Translations under genes and position numbers: made by a program | Assembly: GCA_951406725.2 (NCBI GenBank) | Contig: OX597840.1 | Location: forward strand, 19,964,001-20,028,000 | Source of the DNA: Octopus vulgaris | Lineage: Eukaryota | Reading direction: 5' to 3' | Length of the DNA stretch: 64,000 bases | The notes under the pieces: model-generated | What the model was told of the DNA's origin: nothing | The model's database searches: none | The model's input: only the letters and a program-made list of their open reading frames with translations | Shown: piece by piece, positions 24,858 to 38,956 of the stretch | How positions within the stretch are numbered: position 1 is the first letter of the stretch | Layout of the letters: each line of letters starts with the position of its first letter

Positions 24858-25140
24858 TATCACCGTGATCACCGTGACCGACCAGGCTATCAGATGCTGT
24901 TACACATCGCTGGTCACTATGCGCTTCGCATTGTCTTAGCCTTCAAATGACGCCACCCCGCTGGCTAAGCGAGCAGGCCAACAGAAGAAAGAGTGAGAGA
25001 AAATTGTGGCGAAAGAGTACAGCAGGGATCACCACCATCCCCTGCCGGAGCCTCGTGGAGCTTTAGGTGTTTTCACTCAATAAACACTCACGATCCTACG
25101 ACCGCGAGTTCGCTGTTTTAACCCCTGGGCCATTGCGCCT
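24858..25140 (-). mobile_element. tRNA-derived SINE family D (related head fragment at 5683-5763)
   Basis: Minus-strand head AGGCGCAATGGCCCAG..GTTA...GACTCGC..TCGTAGGATCG; the 5683-5763 copy retains B box GGTTTCGTTTCC; both share GTGAGTGTTTATTG. Confidence 0.7.
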
Positions 25141-25388
25141 ACACACACATGTATGTATGTATGTATGTATTTATGTATGTATGTATCTACGTATGTATGT
25201 ATGTGTGTGACTTTGTGTCCGAGTTTGTCCCCCACCATGGCTTGACAATCGATATTGGTGTGTTTACGTCCCCGTAAACTAGCGATTTGGCGAAAGAGCC
25301 CGATAGAATCTCGACTAAAAAAAAAAAAAACCCTTTAAGGCGGTGCTCCAGCATGGCCGCAACCAACCGATCTCAACCAGAATAAAAG

Positions 25389-25438
<50 letters not shown>

Positions 25439-26054
25439 TATCAATTAACCTGTCGCATTTCTCTGACCCCTCCGTGCCTCTAGTTGTTAGCGTTGAGAAA
25501 ACGGCACACGCGTCGAAGCCATTGTTAGGAGCGTCTGAATCCGGTTAATTTAGCGTAATTGAAGAACATGAAAAGGAATTACGACTTTCTTGGGAGGAAA
25601 TGGAACGACTTCTATTCTGATACGTCTAAATATTTAAGTAAATAATAAATAAATAAATATAGATAATAATTTGGTCTGGTTTTTGTCTGTTCTGGTGAGC
25701 GGCGTGGGTTTTAAGTGAATTCGGTGGAGATAGTTGCGGTCTTCTACAATTACGCCGAAAATGTTATGACAGATGTTCCGGAGATAAATCAGGAAGTCAA
25801 TTGAGTTTGGGTAATTGAAGAGTTATTTTAAGGGGAAGTAAGCGAAGAAAAAATATATATGGAAAGAGGCTGGCAAACGATTGTGATAGCGATATAAGTA
25901 CATGCATACATACATACATACATACATGCATGCATACATACATACATACAGACATACATACACACACACATACATACATACATACATACATACATACATA
26001 CATGCATGCATACATACATACATACATACAGACATACATACACACACACATACA

Positions 26055-26085
<31 letters not shown>

Positions 26086-26440
26086 GTATGACTGGGTGGT
26101 AAGAAGTTTGCTTGCGAACCACATGGTTCTGGGTTCAGTCCTATTCGGTAGCACCTTGAGCAAGTGTCTTCTACTATAGCTTCGGGCCGACCAGAGTCTT
26201 ATAAGTGGATTTGGTAAGCGGAAACTGAGAGAAGCCCGTTGTATATATATATTGTGTGCGTGTGTGAGTGTGTGTGTGCGTGCGTGTGTGTGTGTGTGTG
26301 TGTGTGCGTGTGTGTATGTACAACGGGCTTCTTTCCGTTTCCGGTTACGAAACCCATTCGCAAAGCTTTGGTCGGTGTGAGGCTATAGCAGATGACGGTT
26401 GCCCAGGTTGCCACGCAGTAGGGTATGTGTTTGACAAGCA

Positions 26441-26471
<31 letters not shown>

Positions 26472-27769
26472 CACACGCATGCGTATACGTCTTTATAGGT
26501 ATGTCGGGACGCGTGACTTTACAATTAAAACTGAAAAAACGACCTAGCGCGTATCTAACAAAGTGTTGCGGCACATGTGTTGTTTTATAGAAGGAATAAG
26601 TAACCATGCCGCTTAATCTAAGGCTCTTTCTCGAGAGACACCGTCCCATTTGATTTCCCTTCGTTAATTAATAAGCATCAAAAGAATGCCGATGCATATC
26701 GTTAAACAGATACGAAGGAAGACGCTGCCATCCTTTTATGACAGATGTTCTCGAGATGTATCAGCGACTCAATTTGGAGGTTAGTTGAAGAGTTATTAAA
26801 GGGGAGTAAGCGGAAAATATATGGAAAGAGGCGAACAAGCGATTGTGTTGTCGATAGAAATACACACACACACACATACATAGATAAATACACACATACT
26901 TAAAGACATACATACATACACACACATACATAGATACATACATGCACACATACATAGATACATATATATACACACATACATAGAAGCACACACAAACACA
27001 TACATACATACACACATATATACATCCACGTACACACAATACACATACATACACACACATATACACATACATACACACACACACATACATACACACACAT
27101 ACATATATATACACATACATACATCATACATACATAAATACAGACATACATACACACACATACATACACACATACATACATACACACATACATACATACA
27201 CACACATTCATACATACACATACATACATACACACATACATACACACACACATTCATACATACACACATACATACACACATACGTACATACATACATACA
27301 TATACATACATACACACATACATACATATATACACATACATACACACATACGTGCTTACACACATACATAAAGACACACACACACACACATACAAGATAT
27401 AGGATTTTTGGCCCTCTTCCTGAATCTAAAGGGATGTATTTCTCTTAAGGGGTTCCGAATCATTTTTTTTTATCTATGGACCCCTCTCATTGCTATTTTA
27501 TTCTAGTGCCTCCACCCACCCCTATTAAATCGATATTTCAAAACTAGTTTCAAAGAATCTTCTTTCAAAATTCCTACGTTGTTGGTCACCCGTTAACAGC
27601 AGGTTGAAAACTTTGTAAAATGTCAGCGAAAGAAACTTGATTTTTTCTTGATATACACTTAATAAAACCCGTCAGGCGCTCTCCAGCTATTTTATTTCAA
27701 ACTGTATATGACAATGGTACGTCTTATTCTTAGAATTTGCATCTCCAGTCTGGAACCCCTATCTTCCTC

Positions 27770-28225
27770 CATTGGTTGAAATTGCCGAAATGCAAGAAAT
27801 TAAACAACAAATATCTTACAAACTACAGAATTTTCTCAATAAAGCCAAGAGAAAAAGATGTTTTATAAACACATTCTACCAGTATACGAAGTTTAAAAGT
27901 GTTTAGTTACAAAGAAATTATTTATAAAATCTGTCGGTCAAAGTGAAAAGATCCACTTTATTAAAATAACATGAAACAATGCTTTCTACTAAAGGCACAA
28001 GTCCTCGCAGAAATTGTATTCACCTCAATAGACGTCATTGATTGGTTGCAATTGCCGAAATGCAAGAAATTAAGCAACAAATAGCTTACAAACTACAAAA
28101 TTTTCGCGAGAAAACGAAGAGAAAAAGATGTTTTATAAACACATTCTACCAGTATACGAAGTTTAAAAGTGTTTAGTTACAAAGAAATTATTTTAAAAAT
28201 CTGTCGGTCAAAGTGAAAAGATCCA
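27770..28225. mobile_element. Two tandem end-fragments of a related MITE subfamily
   Basis: CATTGGTTGAAATTGC...AAACACATTCTACCAGTATACGAAGTTTAAAAGTGTTTAGTTAC...GAAAAGATCC twice; homologous to 34230-34420. Confidence 0.72.
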
Positions 28226-28448
28226 CAATTTCATATATTTCACATACCAATACATAGATCTAAAATAAATCCCTTTCAAGGGTCCTTAAAATACTATCAT
28301 TGATTCCCAGTTTACTATATAGCTGTGTGGACCCCCAACAATCTTATATGGACCAACAGGGGTTACATGGATCCCAGTTAAGGACAACTAAATTAGATTA
28401 ATAAACTAAGATTTTGTTTAGAAATTACAGAGAAATAAGTTCGGCGTG

Positions 28449-28483
<35 letters not shown>

Positions 28484-29183
28484 GTGTGTGTGTATGTATG
28501 TGTGTGTGTATGTATGTATGTATGTATGTGTATGTGTACGTGAAGATTTGTGTGTATTGTGTATGTTTGTATGTGTATATGTATGTGTGTGTGTACGTGT
28601 GTGCTTGTCTTCGCCCCTCCCCACTTGACACCGGTGTTGGTTTGTTCAATCCCCCTTAACTTGACGGTTCGGTCAAAGGGACTGACAGAGTTAGTACCAG
28701 GTTGAAAAACAGAAGTTCCGTGGTCGATTCGCTCGAGAAAAATTCCTCAAGGCGGTGCTCCAGCATGGCCGTTGTCCAGTCTCATGCCTGAAACAAGCCA
28801 CGATAAAACGATGATGATGATGATGGCAGTAGTGTTGACGCTTAATGTGATAGTGGTGGTGGCGGTGGCGGGTTGTCGGGGACGACGACGGCGGCAGCGG
28901 CGCGGGGGAGACGTGAAAAGGTGATGGTGGTGGTGGTGGTGGTGGCTGTAGCGGATGTGGTGTTGACTTTCGCGTTGTTGCTTTTGTTGTTGTCGTTGTT
29001 GTTGTTGTTGACGGTTGTAGTGGTGATGGTGCTTGTGGTGGTGGTGGTGGTGTAACATGCGTGGAGGCGGCGGCGGTGATGGTGGCAATGGTAGTCGTGC
29101 AAGAGGGTGGAGGTGGTGGTTATAATGGTGTCAATATTTGTGCTGACCGAGATGTCTATATCGTGCCGATAATAAGTGTATAC

Positions 29184-29258
<75 letters not shown>

Positions 29259-30171
29259 GGTTAAGGGAGTCGTATGTCTATTGACGATACATTAGGCTGA
29301 ATATCTCGTAAATGTAGCTTCAATAAGTCTAAAGACACACACACACACACAAGCGTTACCCGTTTTTATTTGCGTGTTTAGGTGTAACCTTTTCCCATTC
29401 ATGATATTGCAGAAGATACGTACACACATAGACGCACAGACACACATGTATGTATATATATCTTAAAATAAAGAAATATATATATATGTGTGTGTCTATG
29501 CAATTTTCATTAATAGAAATATATATATATGTTTGTATACATATCACGGATGTGTGCATATTCATGTGTATATACCAACCTGTATCCTTTCCAGTTTTAC
29601 ACAAAAGCAATGAATGACATCTGTGAATGGGTTAGCCGCATGTATATATATGTATGTATATATATATATATATCTCTGTCTGTGTGTGTGGACGTCTAGA
29701 TATGTATACACACATCCGTCGTCTTTCTATTATGTCAAGCGCTACTTTGTCTATCTCCTCCTCCTCTTCCTTCACCTCAACCGCTTCCTCCTCCCCCCCC
29801 ACTTGCAAACTAGTAAACCCATCTGCTCACCCTCCATCTCTGCCCCTCCACCCGGCTCTATTATGTGCCGCACGTGGTGCTGAATGCAGGTATACGCGCA
29901 CACACACGCACCCGTATTCACTCACAGCACACAAATTCCCTTAAATGATACGCTACTTTCTAAGAAAATAGCGGCCATATTGACCGTATATTTACGCATG
30001 CGTTTTTTTTTATATTATGTGCGTACCTGGTCTCATTTCTCGAATTTTCTACCAAGGGTGAAAGAGCCGGTTTCTACCCTAGAAAGAAGACTCTTTCAAT
30101 CGTACTTAGACATTAAACAGAACATATTTATGAATGCATATATAAATGTACATACATGTACGCATGTGTGC

Positions 30172-30209
<38 letters not shown>

Positions 30210-30238
30210 TTATATGTATGTAACCACGCATCTATGCA

Positions 30239-30289
<51 letters not shown>

Positions 30290-30309
30290 ATGTATATATA
30301 TATATATAT

Positions 30310-30715
30310 AGGCGCAGGAGTGGCTGTGTGGTAAGTAGCTTGCTAACCAGCCACATGGTTGCGGGTTCAGTCCCACTGCGTGGCATCTTGGGCAAGTGTC
30401 TTCTGCTATAGCCCCGGGCCGACCAATGCCTTGTGAGTGGATTTATTAGACGGAAACTGAAAGAAGCCTGTCGTATATATGTATATATATATGTGTGTGT
30501 GTTTGTGTGTCTGTGTTTGTCCCCCTAGCATTGCTTGACAACCGATGCTCGTGTGTTTACGTCCCCGTAACTTAGCGGTTCGGCAAAAGAGACCGATAGA
30601 ATAAGTACTGGGCTTACAAAGAATAAGTCCCGGGGTCGATTTGCTCGACTAAAGGCGGTGCTCCAGCATGGCCGCAGTCAAATGACTGAAACAAGTAAAA
30701 GAGTAAAAGAGAGAG
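30310..30715 (+). mobile_element. SINE family B, full length
   Basis: Same structure as the other full-length copies. Confidence 0.9.
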
Positions 30716-30716
30716 A

Positions 30717-30755
<39 letters not shown>

Positions 30756-31269
30756 TGCACATGCATGTATGTATATATGTACGCATGTATACATGAATAT
30801 ATATATATATATGTTTAAGTAGTTGAATGAATTATCCTTGTATGGATAATTCGGTTAACCGATACCCGGGTAGCAAATCTACGTCAGAAAGCACGGTTTA
30901 CGTCAGAAAGCACGGTTTACGTCAGAAATCACGTGCTTTCGTGTGGAAATTTGTGTGTTTTTTACTATATATATATACATATATGACTTATGAAAGAAGT
31001 TTCTATAAAACTAGTTTATAAGCATTGAATGGCTATGCGGGGGGGACTAGAGTGAAATGGGTCCATTGGTAAAAACGAGGGTTGACAACCACTGTGGTAG
31101 ACAATGAAATATGTCCTTGGGCCCTAAATAGTGCTCAGTTCTAGTCTACGGCACATCTGTCCTAGAGTTGTGTTCCTTCATCTTCCATGAATGCTTGCGA
31201 GGTTTTGTCTTAAAACAAAGCAAAACTAGGTCTCACTTATTTCATCTCAAATGTTTCTGAAAATACCGA

Positions 31270-31450
31270 AAGTGATAGTATAATGTGAATGCAAAGAACG
31301 GTGGGAAAAAAATGCTCTTTTATTCAGAGTTTGTCCTTCAGAAAAAAAAACCGTTATGTATTGTCTGCCGAAAATAGTTTCACACGTAACAGAAGACATG
31401 TTGAAAAAATAGAGACGTTTGAAAAAGCTCAGACCGAAATAGAAGACGAT
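31270..31450 (+). pseudogene. Second decayed hAT transposase N-terminal fragment
   Basis: KERWEK...EKK/PLCIVCRK*...RRH across frameshifts; nucleotide similarity to 36930-37060; hAT-like end GGTTGACAACCACTG at ~31080-31094. Confidence 0.42.
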
Positions 31451-31620
31451 CTTAAAGTAGAGAGATTTGGGTGAGTTATGCAAAGGAATTGGGATTTAGA
31501 AAAATGGAACGTATGCGTGTGTGTGTGTGTGTGTGTTCTGTAAATAGTTTTAAATTGTATGTTTTGGTAAATTGTTGGTAAATTGTGTTTTGTAAATTGT
31601 TTGTAAAATGTTTGTGTGTG

Positions 31621-31781
31621 TAGGAGTGGCTGTGTGGTAAGTAGCTAGCTTACCAACCACATGGTTCCGGGTTCAGTCCCACTGCATGGCACCTTGGGCA
31701 AGTTTCTTCTACTATAACCTCTGGCCGACCAAAGCCTTGTGAGTGGATTTGGTAGACGGAAACTGAAAGAAGCCCGTCGTA

Positions 31782-31867
<86 letters not shown>

Positions 31868-33190
31868 TCCCCCTAGCATTGCTTGACAACCGATGCTGGT
31901 GTGTTTACGACCCCGTCACTTAGCGGTTCGGCAAAAGAGACCGATAGAATAAGTACTGGGCTTACAAAGAATAAGTCCCGGGGTCGAGTTGCTCGACTAA
32001 AGACGGTGCTCCAACATGGCCACAGTCAAATGACTCAAACAAGTTAAAGAGTTAAAGAGTTAAAGAGTGTGTGTGTTTTGTGTGTTTTTTAAATTTGTAA
32101 AGTCCTGGCAATTATTCTATCGGTCCTTTACGCCATATTGCTACCTTACGCGGAGGTGAACGAACCAACACCGGTTGTCATACAGTCTGATGTATGTGTG
32201 TGTGTGTTTGTGTGTGGTTGTGTATTGTTTCATGCACTGGATTGCGGCCATGCTGGTGCACTGCCTTGGGTTTCGTCGAATAAAGCGACACCAGTAGTTA
32301 CTTTTTAAAGCCTGGTACTTCTCCTACCGGACACTTTTTGTTAAACCGCTAATCTATGGGGACGTAAACACACCAACAACGGTGCTCAAAGTGTGATGGG
32401 GAAAAAGACACACATAGAAATATATATATATACATATATATATATACAAGTATATAATGGGCTTCTTTCAGTTTCTATCTACCAAACCAACTCACAAGGC
32501 TTTGGCTGACCCGGGAGGTGCCATGCACTGGGACTGAACCCGGAACCATGTGGTAGGGAAGCAAGCGTCTTACCACACAAAATATTTAGACATATTGTCG
32601 ACATCATCAAATATGGGATATGTGGGTGCCTGGTTGTGTTTGTGTCTCAGAAACCCAAACCGCTTCACTATCGGTGTCGCTTTGTTTACGTCCGCGTAAC
32701 TTAACAGTTTGGTTAAAGTGATCAATGAAATACGTACAAGATTGGAAAAGGAAAAAGAAAATCACAAACACAGGTAAATACTGAGGTGGATTTGTTCAAC
32801 CGAAACCATTGAAGGTGGTACCCCAGCATGGTCGCAGCCTTCCAGTTAGGGAAGTGTGGCATCTTGGGCAAATGTCTTCTGCTATAGCCCCGGGCCGACC
32901 AATGCCTTGTGAGTGGATTTGGTAGACGGAAACTGAAAGAAGCCTGTCGTATATATGTATATATATATATATGTGTGTGTGTGTTTGTGTGTCTGTGTTT
33001 GTCCCCCTAACATTGCTTGACAACCGATGCTGGTGTGTTTACGTCCCCGTCACCTAGCGGTTCGGCAAAAGAGACCGATAGAATAAGTACTGGGCTTACA
33101 AAGAATAAGTCCCGGGGTTGATTTGCTCGACTAAAGGCGGTGCTCCAGCATGGCCGCAGTCAAATGACTGAAACAAGTAAAAGAGAGGAA
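31621..33190. mobile_element. SINE family B cluster
   Basis: + 31621-32066, diverged - 32225-32580, + 32853-33190. Confidence 0.82.
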
Positions 33191-33531
33191 AAGATATAAG
33201 AAAGAGAAGCACTCGTGTGAAATTGGTTTAGTAATTAGCTCTATTAATGAGAAATTACGCAATCATTACGTAATGAGCAACTTCAATGATCCAAGTTTGA
33301 AACCACAGAGAAAGGAAACAATTGTTTTACGACTCAGATACGAATAAGTGTGAATAGAACAAGAAGGATGCCTTCCTTGTGTGAATCTTTTATTGTATTT
33401 CGTTGAAACACGGACAAACCATTTAGTTATGTTTTCTAGGCGAGGATCTGTTGCAGGCGTTGGTGTGTGACCATGAAGCTCTCTCAGGTCATTTGGTTAT
33501 ATTTTGTAGGCGTATCCTCCCTCCGCGATCC

Positions 33532-34420
33532 AGATCTTTTCCGTTTGAACGGCAGTTTTTTAAAAATAATTTCCACGTAACTAAACACTTTCAAACTTCG
33601 TATACTGGTAGAGTGTGTTTGTAAAACATCTTTTTCTCTTTATTGAGAAAATTCTATAGTTTGTAAGATATTTGTTGTTTTTCTTTCTTCAATTTCTGCA
33701 ATTTCAACCAATCAATGACGTCCAGTGAGGTAAAAAAAACATTCTGTGCCGTATGAATATGTCCCTCGTTTAAGAAACAGATTGGGTTTATTTACATTTG
33801 TGAAGAAACAAAATACCCTTCTCCCCACCACTAACCCTAACCGTAACCGTAACCCTAACCCTAACTAACCCTAAACCTAAAACAGATTGAAATGCACTAG
33901 ATCGATTCTAGGGTCATAATTTTGGGTGACAATTTCATATGACACCGCTAGAAAAAACTGCCGTTCAAACCGATAAGATCCCGGCAGTTTTTCTAGCGGT
34001 GTCATATGAAATTGTCACCCATAATTATGACCCTAGTATCGATCTATTGCATTTCAATCTCTTTTAGGGTTAAGGTTAGTTAGGGTTAGGGTTAGGTTTA
34101 CGGTTAGGGTTAGGGTGGGGGGAAGGGTATCTTTTTTTCTTCACAAATGTAAATAAACCCAATCTGTTTCTTAAACGAGGGACATATTCATACGGCACAG
34201 AATGTTTTTTTTTTACCTTAATAGACGTCATTGATTGGTTGAAATTGCAGAAATTGAAGAAAAAAAAACCCAACAAACATCTTACAAACTATAGAATTTT
34301 CTCAATAAAGCCAAGAGAAAAAGATGTTTTATAAACACATTCTACCAGTATACAAAGTTTAAAAGTGTTTAGTTACGTGGAAATTATTTTTAAAAACTGC
34401 CGTTCAAACCGAAAAGATCC
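33532..34420. mobile_element. Inverted dimer of a ~450 bp TIR element (MITE) containing (TAACCC)n
   Basis: TIR GATCTTTTC(C/G)GTTTGAACGGCAGTTTTT and AAAAACTGCCGTTCAAACCGA(A/T)AAGATCC; unit 1 33532-33981, unit 2 33982-34420 inverted. Confidence 0.8.
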
Positions 34421-34714
34421 AACTCTTTTCAAGCTTGTATATGAAACTCGGCCCACCCTTATCGATCAGTGGGCCGCATGGAATATGTCTTATTAGATGG
34501 GCCACAGCTACTAGAAAAATAATAAATCAAAGGTAATTTTTCGTTAGGCGTGCCATGCATAAATTCTGTCGGTCAACAGGTTACCCACGAATGAACTCCA
34601 ATTGAACAAATAAGATCAGTGCAGTTTAACAACCGTGATTTTATTTTTAAAAAAACGTTTTGTTCTCATTTCTCATTTTAAATACGTATGTATGTATATA
34701 TATGTATGTATGCT

Positions 34715-34756
<42 letters not shown>

Positions 34757-34801
34757 GTGTTGTGAGAAATGAATAAAGGCTTTCTTAGATAAAATTACAC
34801 C

Positions 34802-34875
<74 letters not shown>

Positions 34876-35257
34876 ATGTATATATATACACAAACACACA
34901 CGTGTGTGTGTGTATGTGTGTGTAATACATTCGTTGCTCGATGTTCCGAAAATAATCCTATTGAAAAACTGATAAAAGCAAGGTACAGGTGCAAAGTTGT
35001 TTGACAACTATATATATATGTATAATATATATATATATATATGCATGGGTATGTATATATATATATGTGCACACACACACATACATATATATATACATAT
35101 ATAGACATATATAATATATATATATATATACATACATATACATATATATACATACATACATGCACACACAAACACATCTATATACATTTATACATACATA
35201 CACACACATGTATATATACATACATATATCTATATATATATATATATATATATACAT

Positions 35258-35393
<136 letters not shown>

Positions 35394-35757
35394 AGAGGTG
35401 TGTGGTACATACTACATATAAGTCTGCTTATACGTGTGCCTGTACAGAAGCATTTGTGTAATATCTATCAATAGATCTCATTTCTTTGTGTGTGTATGTG
35501 TATATATACTCTTTTACTTGTTTCAGTCATTGGACTGCGGCCATGCTGGAGCACCACCTTTAGTCGAGCATATATATATATACACACATATATCGGGACT
35601 TATTCTTTGTAAGCCCAGTACTTATTCTATCGGTCTCTTTTGTCGAACCGCTAAGTTACGGGGACATAAGCACACCAGCATCGGTTGTCAAGCGATGTTG
35701 TGGAGGGGGGACAAACACAGACACACAAACACTCTTGCGCCTGTGTGTAGTATCTAT

Positions 35758-35808
<51 letters not shown>

Positions 35809-36157
35809 TGTATGTATGTATCTACATACATATATACACACCCAAACACATATTTCTTAGTAAAACATGTAATATAAACTACATCTACATATACACGCAT
35901 GCAAACATGCTTATGTACACATATTCGTATAAATCTATGAATCATTAATCAGGTAAATGATGATATATAGTACGGCCATGCTGGGGCACCGCCCTGAAGA
36001 ATTTCAGTCGAACGAATCAGTCCCTTTATTTTTGTAACAAAGCCAGCTATTCATTCAGTTGGCCTTCTTTGCCGACCTGTTACGTCACGCGGATGTGAAA
36101 ACACCAACACCGGTTCTCAAGCGGTGACGTGAAACAAATACGGACACAAAGGCACTG

Positions 36158-36530
36158 CGTGTCTGTCCTTGTTTGTCCCCTCTGTGTTTAGCCCCTTGTG
36201 GGTAGTAAAGAAATAGATATTTCGTCTGCCTTTATGTTCTGAGTTCAAATTCCGCCGAGGACGACTTTGCCTTTCATCCTTTCGGGGTCGATAAATTAAG
36301 TACCACTTACGCACAGGGGTCGATGTAATCGACTTAATACCTTTGTCCCCTGTTTGTCCTCTCTGTGTTTAGCCCCTTGTGGGTAGTAAAGAAATAGGTA
36401 TTTCGTCTGCCGACGTTCTGAGTTCAAATTCCGCCGAGCTCGACTTTGCCTTTCATCCTTTCGGGGTCGAAAAATTTAGTACCAGTTGCTCCCCCAAAAC
36501 TTTCGGGCCTTATGCCTAGAGTAGAATAGA
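36158..36530 (+). mobile_element. SINE family A tandem array
   Basis: Tail-1 followed by G(A/G)TATTTCG at 36215/6 and 36396/7; final tail-2. Confidence 0.85.
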
Positions 36531-36899
36531 TTATTTTGCTTGTGGTAAAAACCTACAAAACTTCTAAGGACGTTTGGACCGGTTAAGAACAACTGTGTGA
36601 AAGGGTTAACAAGGATAGGACGATCAAGTTTTAGACTATTCGAAACAGTATATTCGTCATTCGTCCATAATAATTAAATAAACGTTTGATATTTGTTTGA
36701 TTCTGATATGACGACAGCCAACGCCTGGAGATCGTAATTTTTGTTTCATTTGTCAGTTGGCAGACGACACTCCTTCATCACAAACTACTCTTTGATCGTC
36801 TTTTGTGAAGAATTGTGGGTTTGTACTTTTCTGGAGAATTAGACCTTGTAGTTTTTTCTCTGTTTATTAATTTTTTCACTTGACCCATCACTGGCACAA

Positions 36900-37085
36900 A
36901 AAAGCGGAAAATGGTAGCACACGTAAATTCAATGAACAGTGGGAAAAAAACAGTATTGTTATTATTTATAGTTTTTTTCGTTCTGAAGGACCGCGGCGTA
37001 TTGTGTGTAAAGAAAGTTTCTCACATACGAGAAGAGGTCTCAATAGGCACTTGAAAAAGACAAAAACAAAAGCAAAGAAAATAGT
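36900..37085 (+). pseudogene. Decayed hAT (Buster/Charlie-like) transposase N-terminal Zn-finger fragment
   Basis: RKFNEQWEK...FF..EGPR(C>R)IVCKESF....LNRHL resembles the RxFxxxW...PxCxxC...LxRH finger of these transposases. Confidence 0.5.
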
Positions 37086-37218
37086 TGAATCCTTGGATTA
37101 AAATAGAAGGAAAACTGATGCGAGCGATTAGGCCTGAGCTACCGGTAATCTGAAAGCTGAAAGTTTAAGTCACTTGGAGTCGGATCAAACTCTTTTAAAT
37201 AATGTATAAATATATGTA

Positions 37219-37260
<42 letters not shown>

Positions 37261-37348
37261 GTTTGAAGTGGTGTAGAGATATTGTATATTGAGAAAAAGG
37301 AGAAGACGTGAGAATTTTGGATAATCCTCCAAAATTCTGAAACCTCCT

Positions 37349-37454
<106 letters not shown>

Positions 37455-37885
37455 GTGTGTGCATATATATATATATATATAGTAATATTAAAATTTCTAA
37501 GTCTCTCTAAAGGAGACTACGGCAGCGGTACTGGAAATTAATAGTTATCGCCAAGCTAATATGGCAGTCCAGAAATATAGGACGAATGCTGCCGTTGATT
37601 AGCTCCAAGAGGCCATCACCTCTAGCTAGCTATATGACACACGAACCGAAAAGATCCGAAACGTTGAGATGGGATGGTCGTGGATTTGGAAAACATAAAA
37701 TAACAAAGTCATTCTGAATAGCGTAATTGTTATCAGGAAACCTGGGGGTGGGGGAAAAACCGTGGTCAGGGTTTTGGTACACGCGTACTTTTGTTTTCGA
37801 GCGGATCCATTCTTAAGATCCAAAGAAATAAACCATGATTCAAATCCTGATCTAATTTTGGCATCAACATCGCATTTCTTCATAT

Positions 37886-38287
37886 TACTCTTTTACTCTT
37901 TTATTTGTTTCAGTCATTTGACTGCGGCCATGCTGGAGCACCGCCTTTAGTCGAGCAAAATCGACCCCGGGACTTATTCTTTGTAAGCCCAGTACTTATT
38001 CTATCAGTCTCTTTTGCCGAACCGCTAAGTGACGGGGACGTAAACACACCAGCATCGGTTGTCAAGCAATGCTAGGGGGACAAACACAGACGCACAAACA
38101 CATACACACACACACATATATACGACAGGCTTCTTTCAGTTTCCGTCTACCAAATTCACTCACAAGGCATTGGTCGGCCCGGGGCTATAGCAGAAGACAC
38201 TTGCCCAAGGTGCCACGCAGTGGGACTGAACCCGGAACCATTTGGTTGTTTAGCAAGCTGCTTACCACACAGCCACTCCTGCGCCTA
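37886..38287 (-). mobile_element. SINE family B, full length
   Basis: Same structure as the other full-length copies. Confidence 0.9.
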
Positions 38288-38721
38288 TAAAAATACTGCG
38301 CTCAACGTTTTTTTTTTGTCTTTTTGTTTTGTTTACTTTTGTGAACCGGATATGTTCTTCACAATGGCTTTAAGTAGCTTCCTGTCCGTGCCATCATCCG
38401 GGCAGACGTTGACCTTAAGATGACGCAGCAACGAGATCGTCTCGGGATTTGAGGTTTCCATTCATGGAAGTCCGATGCGCGTGTTTTTGCCGGATGCCAG
38501 AACTAAGCCCTTCGAGATAATAACTGTTTCGGGTTTAGGCTAAGAAAAAAAAAAAAAAACCCCAGCAATCTTGCGGTTTAATGGATGTCATTACTTGATT
38601 GGGGACTGTAGTTTATTGACCCCGGAGGAAAGAAAGACGAATTGTGATCTCCGTGGGATTTGAAGTCGAATTGCAAACAGCTGGAACAAATACCGCGAAG
38701 TATGTTTTCCACCGCGTTACT

Positions 38722-38937
38722 GATTCTTTTCTACTCTAGGCACAAGGCCCGAAATTTGGGGGTTCGAGATACGTCGATTGTATCGACCCCAGTGCGCAAC
38801 AGGTGCTTAATTTATCGACCTCGAAAGCACGAAAGACAAAGTGGACGTCAGTGAAGCTTGATCTCAGAACATAGCGACGGGCTAAATATGCTAAGCATTT
38901 CGCCCAGCATGTTAATGATTCTTCCAGCTCGTGGCGT
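38722..38937 (-). mobile_element. Older SINE family A copy (tail-2 only)
   Basis: Diverged head and core, tail CCCCCAAATTTCGGGCCTTGTGCCTAGAGTAGAAAAGAAT. Confidence 0.75.
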
Positions 38938-38956
38938 TAATAATAATAATAATAAT

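Noticed and set aside
31328-31476. Apparent exon with a good GG|GTGAGT donor
   Set aside because: Better explained as a frameshifted hAT transposase relic similar to 36900-37085; exonisation cannot be excluded without RNA data
33831-34115. Opposed (TAACCC)n and (GGGTTA)n tracts suggesting a telomere fusion site
   Set aside because: Short, degenerate and internal to two inverted MITE copies
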